The translations under genes and the position numbers were made by a program. A stretch of DNA of 37,738 nucleotides from Acidobacteriota bacterium (GTDB lineage: Bacteria > Acidobacteriota > Polarisedimenticolia > JACPZX01 > DASXTC01): NCBI GenBank assembly GCA_045402695.1, contig JAWPNA010000286.1:1-37738 (forward strand), given 5' to 3'. The notes under the pieces are model-generated. The model made no database searches. It was not told the origin of the DNA and worked only from the letters and a program-made list of their open reading frames with translations. Shown one piece after another: positions 8,634 through 17,700 of this stretch. Within the stretch, counting starts at the first letter, position 1; every line of letters starts with the position of its first letter.

Positions 8634-9316
8634 GTCTCTTCCCCCTCGACTTTCGTCGGGGCCGCCTTGAGGCTGATCCCCTTGTCCTTGATCACGATGG
8701 AGTAGGTCACGGCATCGCAGCCCGACTTCTTCTTGATGGCCTGCGTCTTGGCCGCGATCTGGCCGGCGAAGTGATTGTAGGAGAGACGGTCCGCGGCTTC
8801 CACTCCGCCCTTCTTGCCGGCCTCGAGGTACTTCTCGTAGAAGGCACGGACCGCCGTCTCATCGGCCGCGGGGTTGCGGAAGCTCGAGGTGAAGAACACG
8901 GAGCCTCCCGCGCCCCGCCCTCGACCCGCGGCGGGGGGTGCGGCGGGGGGTGCGGCGGGGGGGGTCGCTCCAGGCGGTGGTGCCGCGGCCCTGGCGGCAG
9001 ATGACCTGCCTGCACTGTCCATGAATCCCGGAACGCCGGGCCTGAGGCGCCCTTCCTCCTTGGCGCGCAGCATCTTGCTCCACAGCTCGGCGAGGCTCTG
9101 GTACCTTGTGGCAAGTGAGTTGAACCGGTAGCGATCGGCGAACCGCTGCATCGGCGTGTTGCCCAGCGTCTTGATGAGGATCTCCAGCTCCTTGCGCGTC
9201 TCGTAGGGCTGGCGCGGGATCACGCCGGAGAAGAACATGTCGTACTGGATCTTGAGTTGGCGGATGCCAATCTCGATCTTGCTCAGGTTCTCTTCAAGGG
9301 AGAGGGGTTCGGCCAT
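8630..9316 (-). CDS. Hypothetical protein resembling the MXAN_5187 C-terminal-domain family
   Basis: N-terminal LKIQYDMFFSG...RYRFNSLATRY...WSKMLRAKEEG, a Pro/Ala linker and C-terminal YSIVIKDKGISLKA resemble this family from recall, not from a search. Start set at ATG 9316. Confidence 0.7.
   Translation of the reverse strand: MAEPLSLEENLSKIEIGIRQLKIQYDMFFSGVIPRQPYETRKELEILIKTLGNTPMQRFADRYRFNSLATRYQSLAELWSKMLRAKEEGRLRPGVPGFMDSAGRSSAARAAAPPPGATPPAAPPAAPPAAGRGRGAGGSVFFTSSFRNPAADETAVRAFYEKYLEAGKKGGVEAADRLSYNHFAGQIAAKTQAIKKKSGCDAVTYSIVIKDKGISLKAAPTKVEGEET
8928..8963 (+). repeat. Three tandem copies of 12-bp GCGGCGGGGGGT (encodes PPAA repeats on the - strand)
   Basis: Directly visible tandem units at 8928, 8940 and 8952; the third G-run is longer. 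Confidence 0.8.
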
Positions 9317-9373
9317 GTCCTGCCGCGCGACGTGATCGTTGGGGAGGAACCGTTCATCCAGCCCGATGCGCCC

Positions 9374-9379
9374 TATAAT
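9374..9379 (+). promoter_or_regulatory. Consensus -10 element (TATAAT) upstream of selA
   Basis: TATAAT in an AT-rich spot of the divergent intergenic region, about 57 nt before the selA start. Confidence 0.5.
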
Positions 9380-9435
9380 ATAAAGCCTGACCCGGATGGG
9401 GCAAATCGGACCTTTCATGTGAGGGGGGGACGCAC

Positions 9436-10869
9436 GTGCGCAAGAGCACCAGGACGGCCGGCTCAAACCCCGCGAACGTCTATCGGAAGATACCCGCGGT
9501 GGACGCGGTGCTGAGGCGCGAGGAAGTTCGCGCCCTGATGGACGTCCACGGGCGCCCCGTGGTCATCGAGTCGGTGCGGGAGATCATCGCGCGGATGCGC
9601 CTCGGGCTTGGTGAATCGGGGCCGCAGCCGGGGGAGGCGCCAGGCTTTCTCGACGAGCTCAAGGGTCTGATCGAGGAGGCCGTGAGCCGGCGCACGTCAT
9701 CCACGCTGAAGCGCGTCATCAACGCCACCGGCGTGGTGGTGCACACCAACCTGGGCCGGGCGGTGCTCTCGGAAGAGGCGTGCGCGCGGGTGGCGATGGT
9801 GGCTTCCCACTATTGCACGCTTGAGTACGACCTGGTCGAGGGGCGCCGCGGGTCGCGGTCCTCGCACCTGGAGCGCAGTCTCTCGTTCCTCTTTCCGGAC
9901 CATGCGTCTCTGGCGGTCAACAACAACGCGGCCGCCGTCTTCCTTGGGCTCAACACGCTGGCCGACCGGTGCGAGGTGATCATCTCGAGGGGGGAGATGG
10001 TCGAGATCGGCGGCTCCTTCAGGATCCCCGATGTCATCGCCAAGAGCGGCGCGATCATGCGCGAAGTGGGCACCACGAACCGCACGCGTCTCGCCGACTA
10101 CGAGCAGGCGATCGGGCCTCAGACGGGTCTCATCCTGAAAGTGCACCCGAGCAACTACCGCATCGTGGGATTCACGCAGGAGGTGGCCGCGGCGGAGCTG
10201 GCCGAGCTGTCGCGCCGGCACGGGCTGAAGCTGATGGTGGATCAGGGAGGCGGCAATCTGATGGACCTCGCCGAAGCCGGCATCAAGGACGAGCCCACGG
10301 TGGAGTCGATCCTGCGCCGTGGCGCTGATCTAGTGACCTTCAGCGGCGACAAGATCCTGGGCGGTCCGCAGGCGGGCATGGTGGTCGGCGACCGGGACAT
10401 CGTCGAGCTGATGCGGAAGAGCGCCCTGTACCGAGTGCTGCGCCTCGACAAGATGACCTTAGCTGCTATGGAGGCGACCCTCGACGCCTACGTGAAGGGG
10501 ACAGAGCGGACGGAGGTGCCGGTGCCGCGGATGATCTTCGCGACAAAGGAGCAGATCGGGGAGCGGGCGCGCCGCCTCTCGGAAGCGCTCCGTTCGCGGC
10601 TGGGCGCGGGCCACGAGGTGGACACCGTGGAAGGCGTTTCCCGAGTCGGCGGGGGGGCGGCCCCGACGGAGGACCTCGATACGGTGCTGGTGAGGGTCCG
10701 GCCCAAGAGCGTGGCGCGGCACAACGTCGTCCAGTGGGAGGCCGACCTGAGAAGCGCGGATCTCCCGGTGATCGCCCGCATCCAGGATGACGCGATTCTG
10801 CTCGACCTGCGGACCGTCGATCCTCGGGAGGAATCTGAGCTGATCGAGACGCTGGCGGCCACGGCGTGA
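9436..10869 (+). CDS. selA: L-seryl-tRNA(Sec) selenium transferase (selenocysteine synthase)
   Basis: VINATGVVVHTNLGRA, VNNNAAA, SRGEMVEIGGSFRIP, EVGTTNRT, KVHPSNY and the PLP-lysine motif FSGDKILGGPQAG. Confidence 0.96.
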   Translation: MRKSTRTAGSNPANVYRKIPAVDAVLRREEVRALMDVHGRPVVIESVREIIARMRLGLGESGPQPGEAPGFLDELKGLIEEAVSRRTSSTLKRVINATGVVVHTNLGRAVLSEEACARVAMVASHYCTLEYDLVEGRRGSRSSHLERSLSFLFPDHASLAVNNNAAAVFLGLNTLADRCEVIISRGEMVEIGGSFRIPDVIAKSGAIMREVGTTNRTRLADYEQAIGPQTGLILKVHPSNYRIVGFTQEVAAAELAELSRRHGLKLMVDQGGGNLMDLAEAGIKDEPTVESILRRGADLVTFSGDKILGGPQAGMVVGDRDIVELMRKSALYRVLRLDKMTLAAMEATLDAYVKGTERTEVPVPRMIFATKEQIGERARRLSEALRSRLGAGHEVDTVEGVSRVGGGAAPTEDLDTVLVRVRPKSVARHNVVQWEADLRSADLPVIARIQDDAILLDLRTVDPREESELIETLAATA

Positions 10870-11955
10870 CTAGATCCCCGAGCGCACGTGCATGATGTCG
10901 CCGTCGGCCACGGTGTAGTCCTTCCCCTCGAGCCGTAGCAGTCCCTTGTCCTTCCCCGCCGCGAGCGATCCGCAGGCCACCAGATCCTCATAGCGGATCA
11001 CCTCGGCCCTGATGAACCCCTTCTCCAGATCGGTGTGGATGGTCCCCGCGGCGCGCGAGGCCGCCACGCCGCGCCTCACGGGCCAGGCGCGGCACTCGTC
11101 CTCGCCCACGGTGTAGAAGGAGATGAGGCCCAGCAGCTCGTACGAGGAATTGATGATGCGGTCCAGCGCCGGCTCGGTGATGCCGAGATCCTTGCGGAAA
11201 GCCTCCGCGTCCGGCGCTGAAAGCGCCGCCATCTCCACCTCGATCCTCCCCGAGACCGCGGCCACCTGGACGCGAGGGCGCGAGGCCGCGTCCTTCAGGC
11301 CGAAGTGCTCGACCACGTCGGCCACGTGCGTGACGGAGTCCTCCGCCAGGTTCACGACGACCAGCAGCGGCTTCGCGGAATAGAAGGCGAAGCCGCGCAG
11401 AGCCTTCTCCTCGTCGGCCGAGAAGTCGATCGACCGCAGCGGCGTGCCGGTCTCCAGGTGGGCCTGCAGCTTCTCGAGCAGAGCGAGCTCCTTCTTCTCT
11501 TCGGGTCGGTTGGTTTTCGGGATGCCCGCCCGCAGGCGTTCGATGCGCCGGGCCGCCGCGTCCAGGTCGGCGAGGATGAGCTCCATCTCCATGGTCTCGA
11601 CGTCGCGGGCAGGATCCAACGATCCTTCGCTGTGGGGGATCTCGTCGTCGGGGAATGCCCTCACGACATGGGCGAGCGCATCCATCGGCTTGAGCACCGC
11701 CAGTGAGAGCGACCCGGCCGCATCTCCCTTATGCAGCCCCACGATGTCCACGTAATCGAACGTGGCCGGAACCGTCTTCTTCGGCTTGAACATCCCGCTG
11801 AGCCGTGCCAAGCGCGCGTCGGGCACGCGCGCCACGCCCAGGTTGGCGTCGGTGCGCCCCGACCCGAAGCGGGGCGTCTCCACATGAGCGCCCGTGAGGA
11901 GGTTGAAGAGGGTGGTCTTGCCCACCAGCGGGAAGCCGAACAACCCTATCTTCAT
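10870..11955 (-). CDS. ychF: YchF/Obg-like ATPase (divergent switch I)
   Basis: GFPLVGKTT P-loop, GVARVPDARL, DIVGL, NLAE (NxxE), C-terminal AGTIHTDLEKGFIRAEV and RLEGKDYTVADGD (TGS/DUF933 region). Confidence 0.9.
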   Translation of the reverse strand: MKIGLFGFPLVGKTTLFNLLTGAHVETPRFGSGRTDANLGVARVPDARLARLSGMFKPKKTVPATFDYVDIVGLHKGDAAGSLSLAVLKPMDALAHVVRAFPDDEIPHSEGSLDPARDVETMEMELILADLDAAARRIERLRAGIPKTNRPEEKKELALLEKLQAHLETGTPLRSIDFSADEEKALRGFAFYSAKPLLVVVNLAEDSVTHVADVVEHFGLKDAASRPRVQVAAVSGRIEVEMAALSAPDAEAFRKDLGITEPALDRIINSSYELLGLISFYTVGEDECRAWPVRRGVAASRAAGTIHTDLEKGFIRAEVIRYEDLVACGSLAAGKDKGLLRLEGKDYTVADGDIMHVRSGI

Positions 11956-12048
11956 GAGAGGGTCATGCTACCACGCGACCACCGCCGGCGCCCGACGGCG
12001 TCCTGGGAGGACAGGATGCTATAGTGGGGCGCGCGGGGAGGCGCTCCC

Positions 12049-12849
12049 TTGGACCTGGCGACATTGACCCTCATCTTGATGCTAACGGCGCCGCAAGCGG
12101 CCTCCACGCCCGACCCCAACGCACCGCCTGCGAAGGAGGCCCCGCGACGCGCCGTTGGCTTCAAGGTCTTCAACAACATGGACAGGCCGATCACCGGTTT
12201 GTGGGACCTGGAGATCCCCGATCTTCCGGCGCGGAGGATCGAGATCCGGGAGCTTCAGCCAGGCCTGCCGGGTGCTCTGGTGGGCGGTGAGCCCGGTGGC
12301 GGCGAACCGCTCCTGCGCATCGAGGCGAAGAAGGAAGGCATCGGATACGAGGGGGAGCTCAAGAATGTCCTCGGATCGTGCGGCCTCGATTCGGTTCCGG
12401 TCACCGAGTTCCTTCCACTGGGCGACTCGATCGTCCTGAGGTTCGAGGCGTCTCCCACCAACGTGGCCTGCCCGCCGATGGACAGCGGACGCGCTGGAAG
12501 GTTCTTCGCCGTGTCGCCCAGAGGCGGGCCGGTAAGGCTGCGGGACTTCTCGGAGATTTCCAGCTCCAGAGTGAAAGAAACGTACAGCATCGGGGGCGAC
12601 CGGCCCAACATCGAGACGACCTACGAGATCCCGCTCGGGGCGGTGTCGGTGGAGCCGGGCTCCGAGCTCAAGTTTCTGCAGCGCGTCAAGGCGCCGCTCG
12701 ACAGCTCCTACTGGTTCGAAGTGGAGGCGCTTATTTCTCCCGGGGCAGGAGTCCAGCCGCCTCGCGGTTACGTGTCGGCCGACTCCTTGAGATTCGTGGG
12801 CTCGCTGAGCCTCAAGAGGGTGAAGCAGGAAACGCCCGCCGGGCGCTGA
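12049..12849 (+). CDS. Exported hypothetical protein with a possible C-terminal SH3b-like domain
   Basis: GGAGG before a TTG start, hydrophobic N-terminus, and C-terminal GSELKFL...WFEVE...GYVSADSL pattern. Confidence 0.6.
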   Translation: MDLATLTLILMLTAPQAASTPDPNAPPAKEAPRRAVGFKVFNNMDRPITGLWDLEIPDLPARRIEIRELQPGLPGALVGGEPGGGEPLLRIEAKKEGIGYEGELKNVLGSCGLDSVPVTEFLPLGDSIVLRFEASPTNVACPPMDSGRAGRFFAVSPRGGPVRLRDFSEISSSRVKETYSIGGDRPNIETTYEIPLGAVSVEPGSELKFLQRVKAPLDSSYWFEVEALISPGAGVQPPRGYVSADSLRFVGSLSLKRVKQETPAGR

Positions 12850-12860
12850 TATTGTCGGGA

Positions 12861-14501
12861 CTACAGCGCCAGCCCTTCGGCGCGCAGCTTGTTGCGGGCC
12901 GATTTGCCGAGCTTGCTGCCGCCGGCGCGCGCCGCGACAGTCTTGAGCAGCTCGCTGCCGACCTCTCTTTCATCCGGTGTCCCCTCGGAAAGATTGAATC
13001 CCAGAAAATAAAGATCCTCAGTCTCCAGATGGGTCCGTTCCTTCTTGAGCCGATCCACCAGAGGGAAGGTCGGGTCGCGCACGAGCTGCCGGAAGAGATC
13101 CATGCAGTCGCCCGACGCCGGCGAGGAGGCGGCCCCGCGCGAGCGCGCCGCCTTGATGCCGGCCAGCGCCAGCGCATAGCGCGCCTCGCTGTCGAAGTGG
13201 TCGCCACGGGTCAACGGTTTGAGGCAGGCCTCGGCCTCGGTGTACTTGCGCGCCTTCTTGTACTTCGCGGCCTCATCCATGATCCAGTCGTACATCAGCT
13301 TGGGATCGTGATGGCGCACGACGTAAAGCAACGGTTCCCAGAGCCGATCCTCCGCCACCAGCGCGATCACGGCCTTTTCGAAGATCGATCGAATGGCGGG
13401 CTTCCGCAGCCGGGCGGCATGCAGCTTCAGGATGTAGGCGACGACCCATCCGCGATGGATGTCGTCGCATCCGAGCAGCTCCTCGACCAGGAGCTGGGCC
13501 GCCTCGGGCAGCCGCCCCAGCGACTCGGAGGCCGCATCCCTCAGTGGCGGGTCGTTGCCGGACAGCAGAGATACCAACCGCCTGACCGTCTTTCCGCCTC
13601 CCATCCCCTTGTTGCCCAGTTTCTGCGCGGCGAACCTCCTGACAGCCGGGTCGCCGTTGTCCAGCAGACTCAGCAGAGAGTCGAGCGCCGAGGAGGGCAG
13701 CTCCACGGTGGCCAGCACCTCCAGCGCCGCCGACCTGAGGGCGGGAGAGGGGCCCTCCTGGATGATGGGGAGGATCGTGGAGAGGATTCTCTGGGGCATC
13801 GGGCCTCCCTTGAGCATCCCTGAGATCGCCAGCAGCACATCCCTGCGTACCGTCTCGGGATACTTGGGGCCGGTCAGCCTGAGAACGCCGGCGGCGCCGG
13901 ATGCCTGCCCGATGCCGCCCATCACATGCAGTGCAGCGGAGAGCGAGCCGGCGGGAGCCTTGTCCGGCGGCGTCCTGAGGATCGACTCCAGCATCGATCG
14001 CACGCGCGCCTGCTCCGACCTCGTCATCGCCTGAGAGAGGCTTATCAGCGCCTGGGCGGCCTCGCGCGCGGCTTCGGGATGACCCGACTCCATCAGGGAA
14101 GACAATGCCTTCACCGACTCGGCGTTGTTCACGCGGGAGAGCACCGTGATGAGGCCGCGGCGCGCCGCCGGGGCGGCATCCAGGATCTGCCGGGCGATCG
14201 GCCGGACGACCGCCGGGCCGATGCGCACGAGGGTCCGGGCCGCCTTGTCGCGCACCTCGTCGTCCGCCGAGCCCAGAATGGGAAGGAGATCATGCACGGC
14301 GACAGGGGAACCGATCTGCGCCAACGCGTCCAGCGCCGCAAGGCGCAGCGGCCGGGAGCCCGAGGCGAGCGCCGACGCCAGCTCCTTGACCACCGCCGGC
14401 TCCTTGGGGGCGAGCTCCCCCAGGACCAGCGCCGCGGCCATCTGGTGCTCCGCCTTGGAGCTCTTGAGCATCGAGCAGATCACGGAGAGCATCGCGTGCA
14501 T
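12861..14501 (-). CDS. HEAT-repeat (PBS-lyase-like) protein
   Basis: Repeated helical units (LRLAALDALAQIG, VRDKAARTLVRIG, VRRFAAQKLG, LRDAASESLGRL). GGGGAGGGG SD before ATG 14501. Confidence 0.85.
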   Translation of the reverse strand: MHAMLSVICSMLKSSKAEHQMAAALVLGELAPKEPAVVKELASALASGSRPLRLAALDALAQIGSPVAVHDLLPILGSADDEVRDKAARTLVRIGPAVVRPIARQILDAAPAARRGLITVLSRVNNAESVKALSSLMESGHPEAAREAAQALISLSQAMTRSEQARVRSMLESILRTPPDKAPAGSLSAALHVMGGIGQASGAAGVLRLTGPKYPETVRRDVLLAISGMLKGGPMPQRILSTILPIIQEGPSPALRSAALEVLATVELPSSALDSLLSLLDNGDPAVRRFAAQKLGNKGMGGGKTVRRLVSLLSGNDPPLRDAASESLGRLPEAAQLLVEELLGCDDIHRGWVVAYILKLHAARLRKPAIRSIFEKAVIALVAEDRLWEPLLYVVRHHDPKLMYDWIMDEAAKYKKARKYTEAEACLKPLTRGDHFDSEARYALALAGIKAARSRGAASSPASGDCMDLFRQLVRDPTFPLVDRLKKERTHLETEDLYFLGFNLSEGTPDEREVGSELLKTVAARAGGSKLGKSARNKLRAEGLAL

Positions 14502-14669
14502 GTTCCCCTCCCCTTTCGCGGCGATGTCTGCCGATGGCTCGACAAGTGGTTCGGACACGAGGACTGGAAGCCGCCCAAGGCAGCCGGCTCCGGCGTGGAA
14601 CTGCGTGGCGCTTCCGGATGCGGCGCCAAGATACCAGAGAAGAATGATCGGGTAAAGCCGCGAATCCCA

Positions 14670-14700
14670 GGTAACTGTGACGATATACTGCACAGTTTCC
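14670..14700. promoter_or_regulatory. Inverted repeat (candidate operator) bracketing a TATACT -10 element upstream of uvrA
   Basis: GGTAACTGTG-N11-CACAGTTTCC (9/10 arm match) with TATACT at 14684-14689 in the spacer. Confidence 0.55.
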
Positions 14701-14728
14701 ACCGGAGAGGATGGCTGGAGTGGAGCGC

Positions 14729-17700
14729 ATGACGCGGGGGCAGGCCGCCTCGATCAGCGTGATCGGGGCGCGACAGAACAATCTCAAAGGATTCAACCTG
14801 GAGATCCCCATCGGCGAGATGGTGGTGCTGACGGGCGTTTCCGGCTCCGGCAAGTCCTCGCTCGCCTTCGACACCATCTACGCGGAGGGCCAGCGCCGCT
14901 ACATCGAATCGTTCTCGGCCTACGCGCGTCAGTTCCTCGATCGGATGGACCGCCCAGCCGTCGATCGCATCGACGGCATCCCGCCGGCCATTGCCATCGA
15001 TCAGGCCGACCCGGTCCGCTCCAGCCGATCCACCGTCGGGACGATGACGGAGATCAACGACTACATGAAGCTGCTGTTCACGAGGGTGGGCCGCCTGCAC
15101 TGCCGCGGATGCGGTCGCGAGGTGATGCCCGACACTCCAGAGACAATCGCCGCCCGTCTCGCCGCTCTTTCTCCAGGGGTGCGGCTGATCATCACGTTTC
15201 CGCACCGAGCGCCCAAGGGCTGGAAGTGGAACCAGATCCGGGAGGAGCTGGCGCGTCTCGGCTTCCATCGGATCTTCCGCGATGGTTCCGCGGTTCCCAC
15301 GGAGGATCTCGATTCGTCCGTGCGGCCTCAGCGTGCCTATGAGGTCATCGTCGATCGTGTTTCGTGGGATCCGGACCACCGCCCACGCATCCTGGAATCT
15401 CTCGAGCAGGCACTGGCCTACGGAGCCGGCCGCGCCACCGTTCACCTGATCGACGACGGGGCGTCCTTTCCGTTCAGCACGGGACGCCACTGCGCCGGCT
15501 GCGACATCGCTTATCGCGATCCTCTCCCTTCGTTTTTCTCCTTCAACAATCCGCTCGGGGCCTGCGTTGGCTGCCAGGGCTTCGGGCGCGTGATCGAGAT
15601 CGACCTTGGGAAGGTCATCCCGGATCCACGGGTCGCCCTCGCCGCGGGGGCGATCAAGCCGTGGACCACGGCTGCCTATGCCCAGGAGGCCCGCGATCTG
15701 GCGCGGTACTGCAGGCGGATGAAGATCCCGATGGACGTGCCGTTCGGGCTGCTGAGCGAGGAGTCTCGGCGGGTGATCATCGACGGCGACAAGGAGCGCG
15801 GTTGGTCCGGTGTCCGCGGGTTTTTCCGGTGGCTGGAGTCCAGGACCTACAAGATGCACATCCGGGTCCTTCTGTCCCGTTACCGCGGCTACACCGTGTG
15901 CGCGTCGTGCGGAGGCGCCAGGTTGAACCCCGAGGGACTCCTCTATCGCGTGGGGGGCCTCGATATCGCTCAGGTGTACGGCATGCCGGTGGGCGAAGCG
16001 GCCCGATTCTTCGACGCGCTGCCTCTGGGGTTGTTCGAGCGCAAGGCCGCCGAGCTGTTGCTCAGGGAGATCCGCGCGCGCCTGAAGTACCTCGTGGAGG
16101 TCGGACTGGCGTACCTGACCTTGGACCGTCAGTCTCGCACGCTTTCGGGCGGGGAAGTGCAGCGCGTGAACTTGACCACAGCGCTGGGCTCGTCGCTGGT
16201 GAACACACTGTACGTTCTGGATGAGCCGTCGATCGGGCTGCATCCAAGGGACAACCGCCGGCTCATCAGCATCCTCAAGGGGCTCCGCTCGCTGGGCAAC
16301 ACGATTCTGGTCGTCGAGCACGAGCCCGAAGTCATGAGGGAGGCCGACCGGCTCATTGAGATGGGGCCGGGCGCGGGGGAAGCGGGCGGGCGGGTCGTGT
16401 TCAACGGCACCTTCCGTGAAGCCCTCAAGTCTCCTGCCTGCCTCACGGGGAAGTATCTCTCGGGGCGTCTCTCGATCCCTGTCCCGCGGGTCCGCCGCCC
16501 CGTTGTTCCGGAGCGCGGCCTGCGTCTCACCGGGGGCACATGCCACAACGTGAGGGGCCTCGACCTCGATATCCCGCTCAACGCCTTTGTCTGCATCACG
16601 GGAGTCTCGGGCTCGGGCAAGAGCACGCTGGTGGAGAAGATCCTGTACGACACCATCCGCGCGATGGGCACCGGCGGGCCGGCCCTCGGCGGGCCGGCCC
16701 TTGGCGACGACGAGCGGGTGACGGTGGGGGCCATCCAGGGACTGCATCAGATCGCGGACGTGGAGATGGTGGACCAGTCGCCCATCGGGCGCACGCCCCG
16801 CGCCAACCCCGTGACCTACCTGAAGGCGTTTGACCCGATCCGGGCTCTCTTCGCCTCGCAGCCCGCGGCGCGGGACAGGGGATATGGCCCGGGGACCTTC
16901 TCGTTCAACTCATCCGGCGGGCGCTGCGAGGTATGCCGCGGAGAGGGATTCCAGAGAGTCGAGATGCAGTTCCTTTCCGACATCTTCATCGTGTGCCCGG
17001 AGTGCCGTCGCAGCCGTTACCGCAAGGAGGTGCTCGAGATCGTCTACCGTGGAAGCAACATCGCGGCAGTGCTGGAGATGACCGCGCGCGAAGCCCTGGA
17101 GTTCTTCAGGGACCAACCCGTGGTGGTCTCCCGGCTCCAGCCTCTGATCGATGTCGGGCTGGGCTACATGCGCCTGGGTCAGCCGGTCAATACGCTCTCG
17201 GGCGGCGAATCGCAGAGGCTGAAGCTGTCGAGGCACCTGGCCGCCGGCGGGCGCGGCGGGGTCCTGTTCCTCTTCGACGAGCCCACGACCGGCCTGCACT
17301 TCGACGACGTGAAGGTCCTGCTGACCGCGCTCGACCGACTCATCGAGGCGGGCAACTCGGTGCTCGTCATCGAGCACAACCTGGAGGTGATCAAGTGCGC
17401 CGACTGGGTGATCGACCTGGGGCCCGATGCGGGAGAGGCGGGGGGCCGGGTCGTGGCCGCGGGCACGCCCGAGGAGATCGCGTCGGCTGGAGAGACGGGC
17501 GCCTCCGTGACCGGGCGGTACCTGATCGAAGCACTGAGGTTTTCATCGCGCGGCGCGGACACCACCGGGCAAATCCCCGCGCCCGCCCCGACCGAGGAGG
17601 GCGTCATCAGGGTCCTGGGGGCGCGCGAGCACAACCTGAGAGGCATCGACGTGTCCGTGCCGCGCGACCGGCTGGTGGTCGTGACGGGTCTGTCCGGTTC

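Noticed and set aside
9317-9435. tRNA-Sec (selC) next to selA
   Set aside because: No cloverleaf or TCA anticodon arm could be identified in this or other intergenic regions by eye.
14502-14669. Structured ncRNA or riboswitch between the HEAT gene and uvrA
   Set aside because: Only short GC-rich hairpins are present, with no recognisable family motif; an Rfam search would be needed.
14674-14696. E. coli-type LexA box upstream of uvrA
   Set aside because: The CTGT/ACAG spacing is 13 rather than 8; it is reported instead as a non-canonical inverted repeat.
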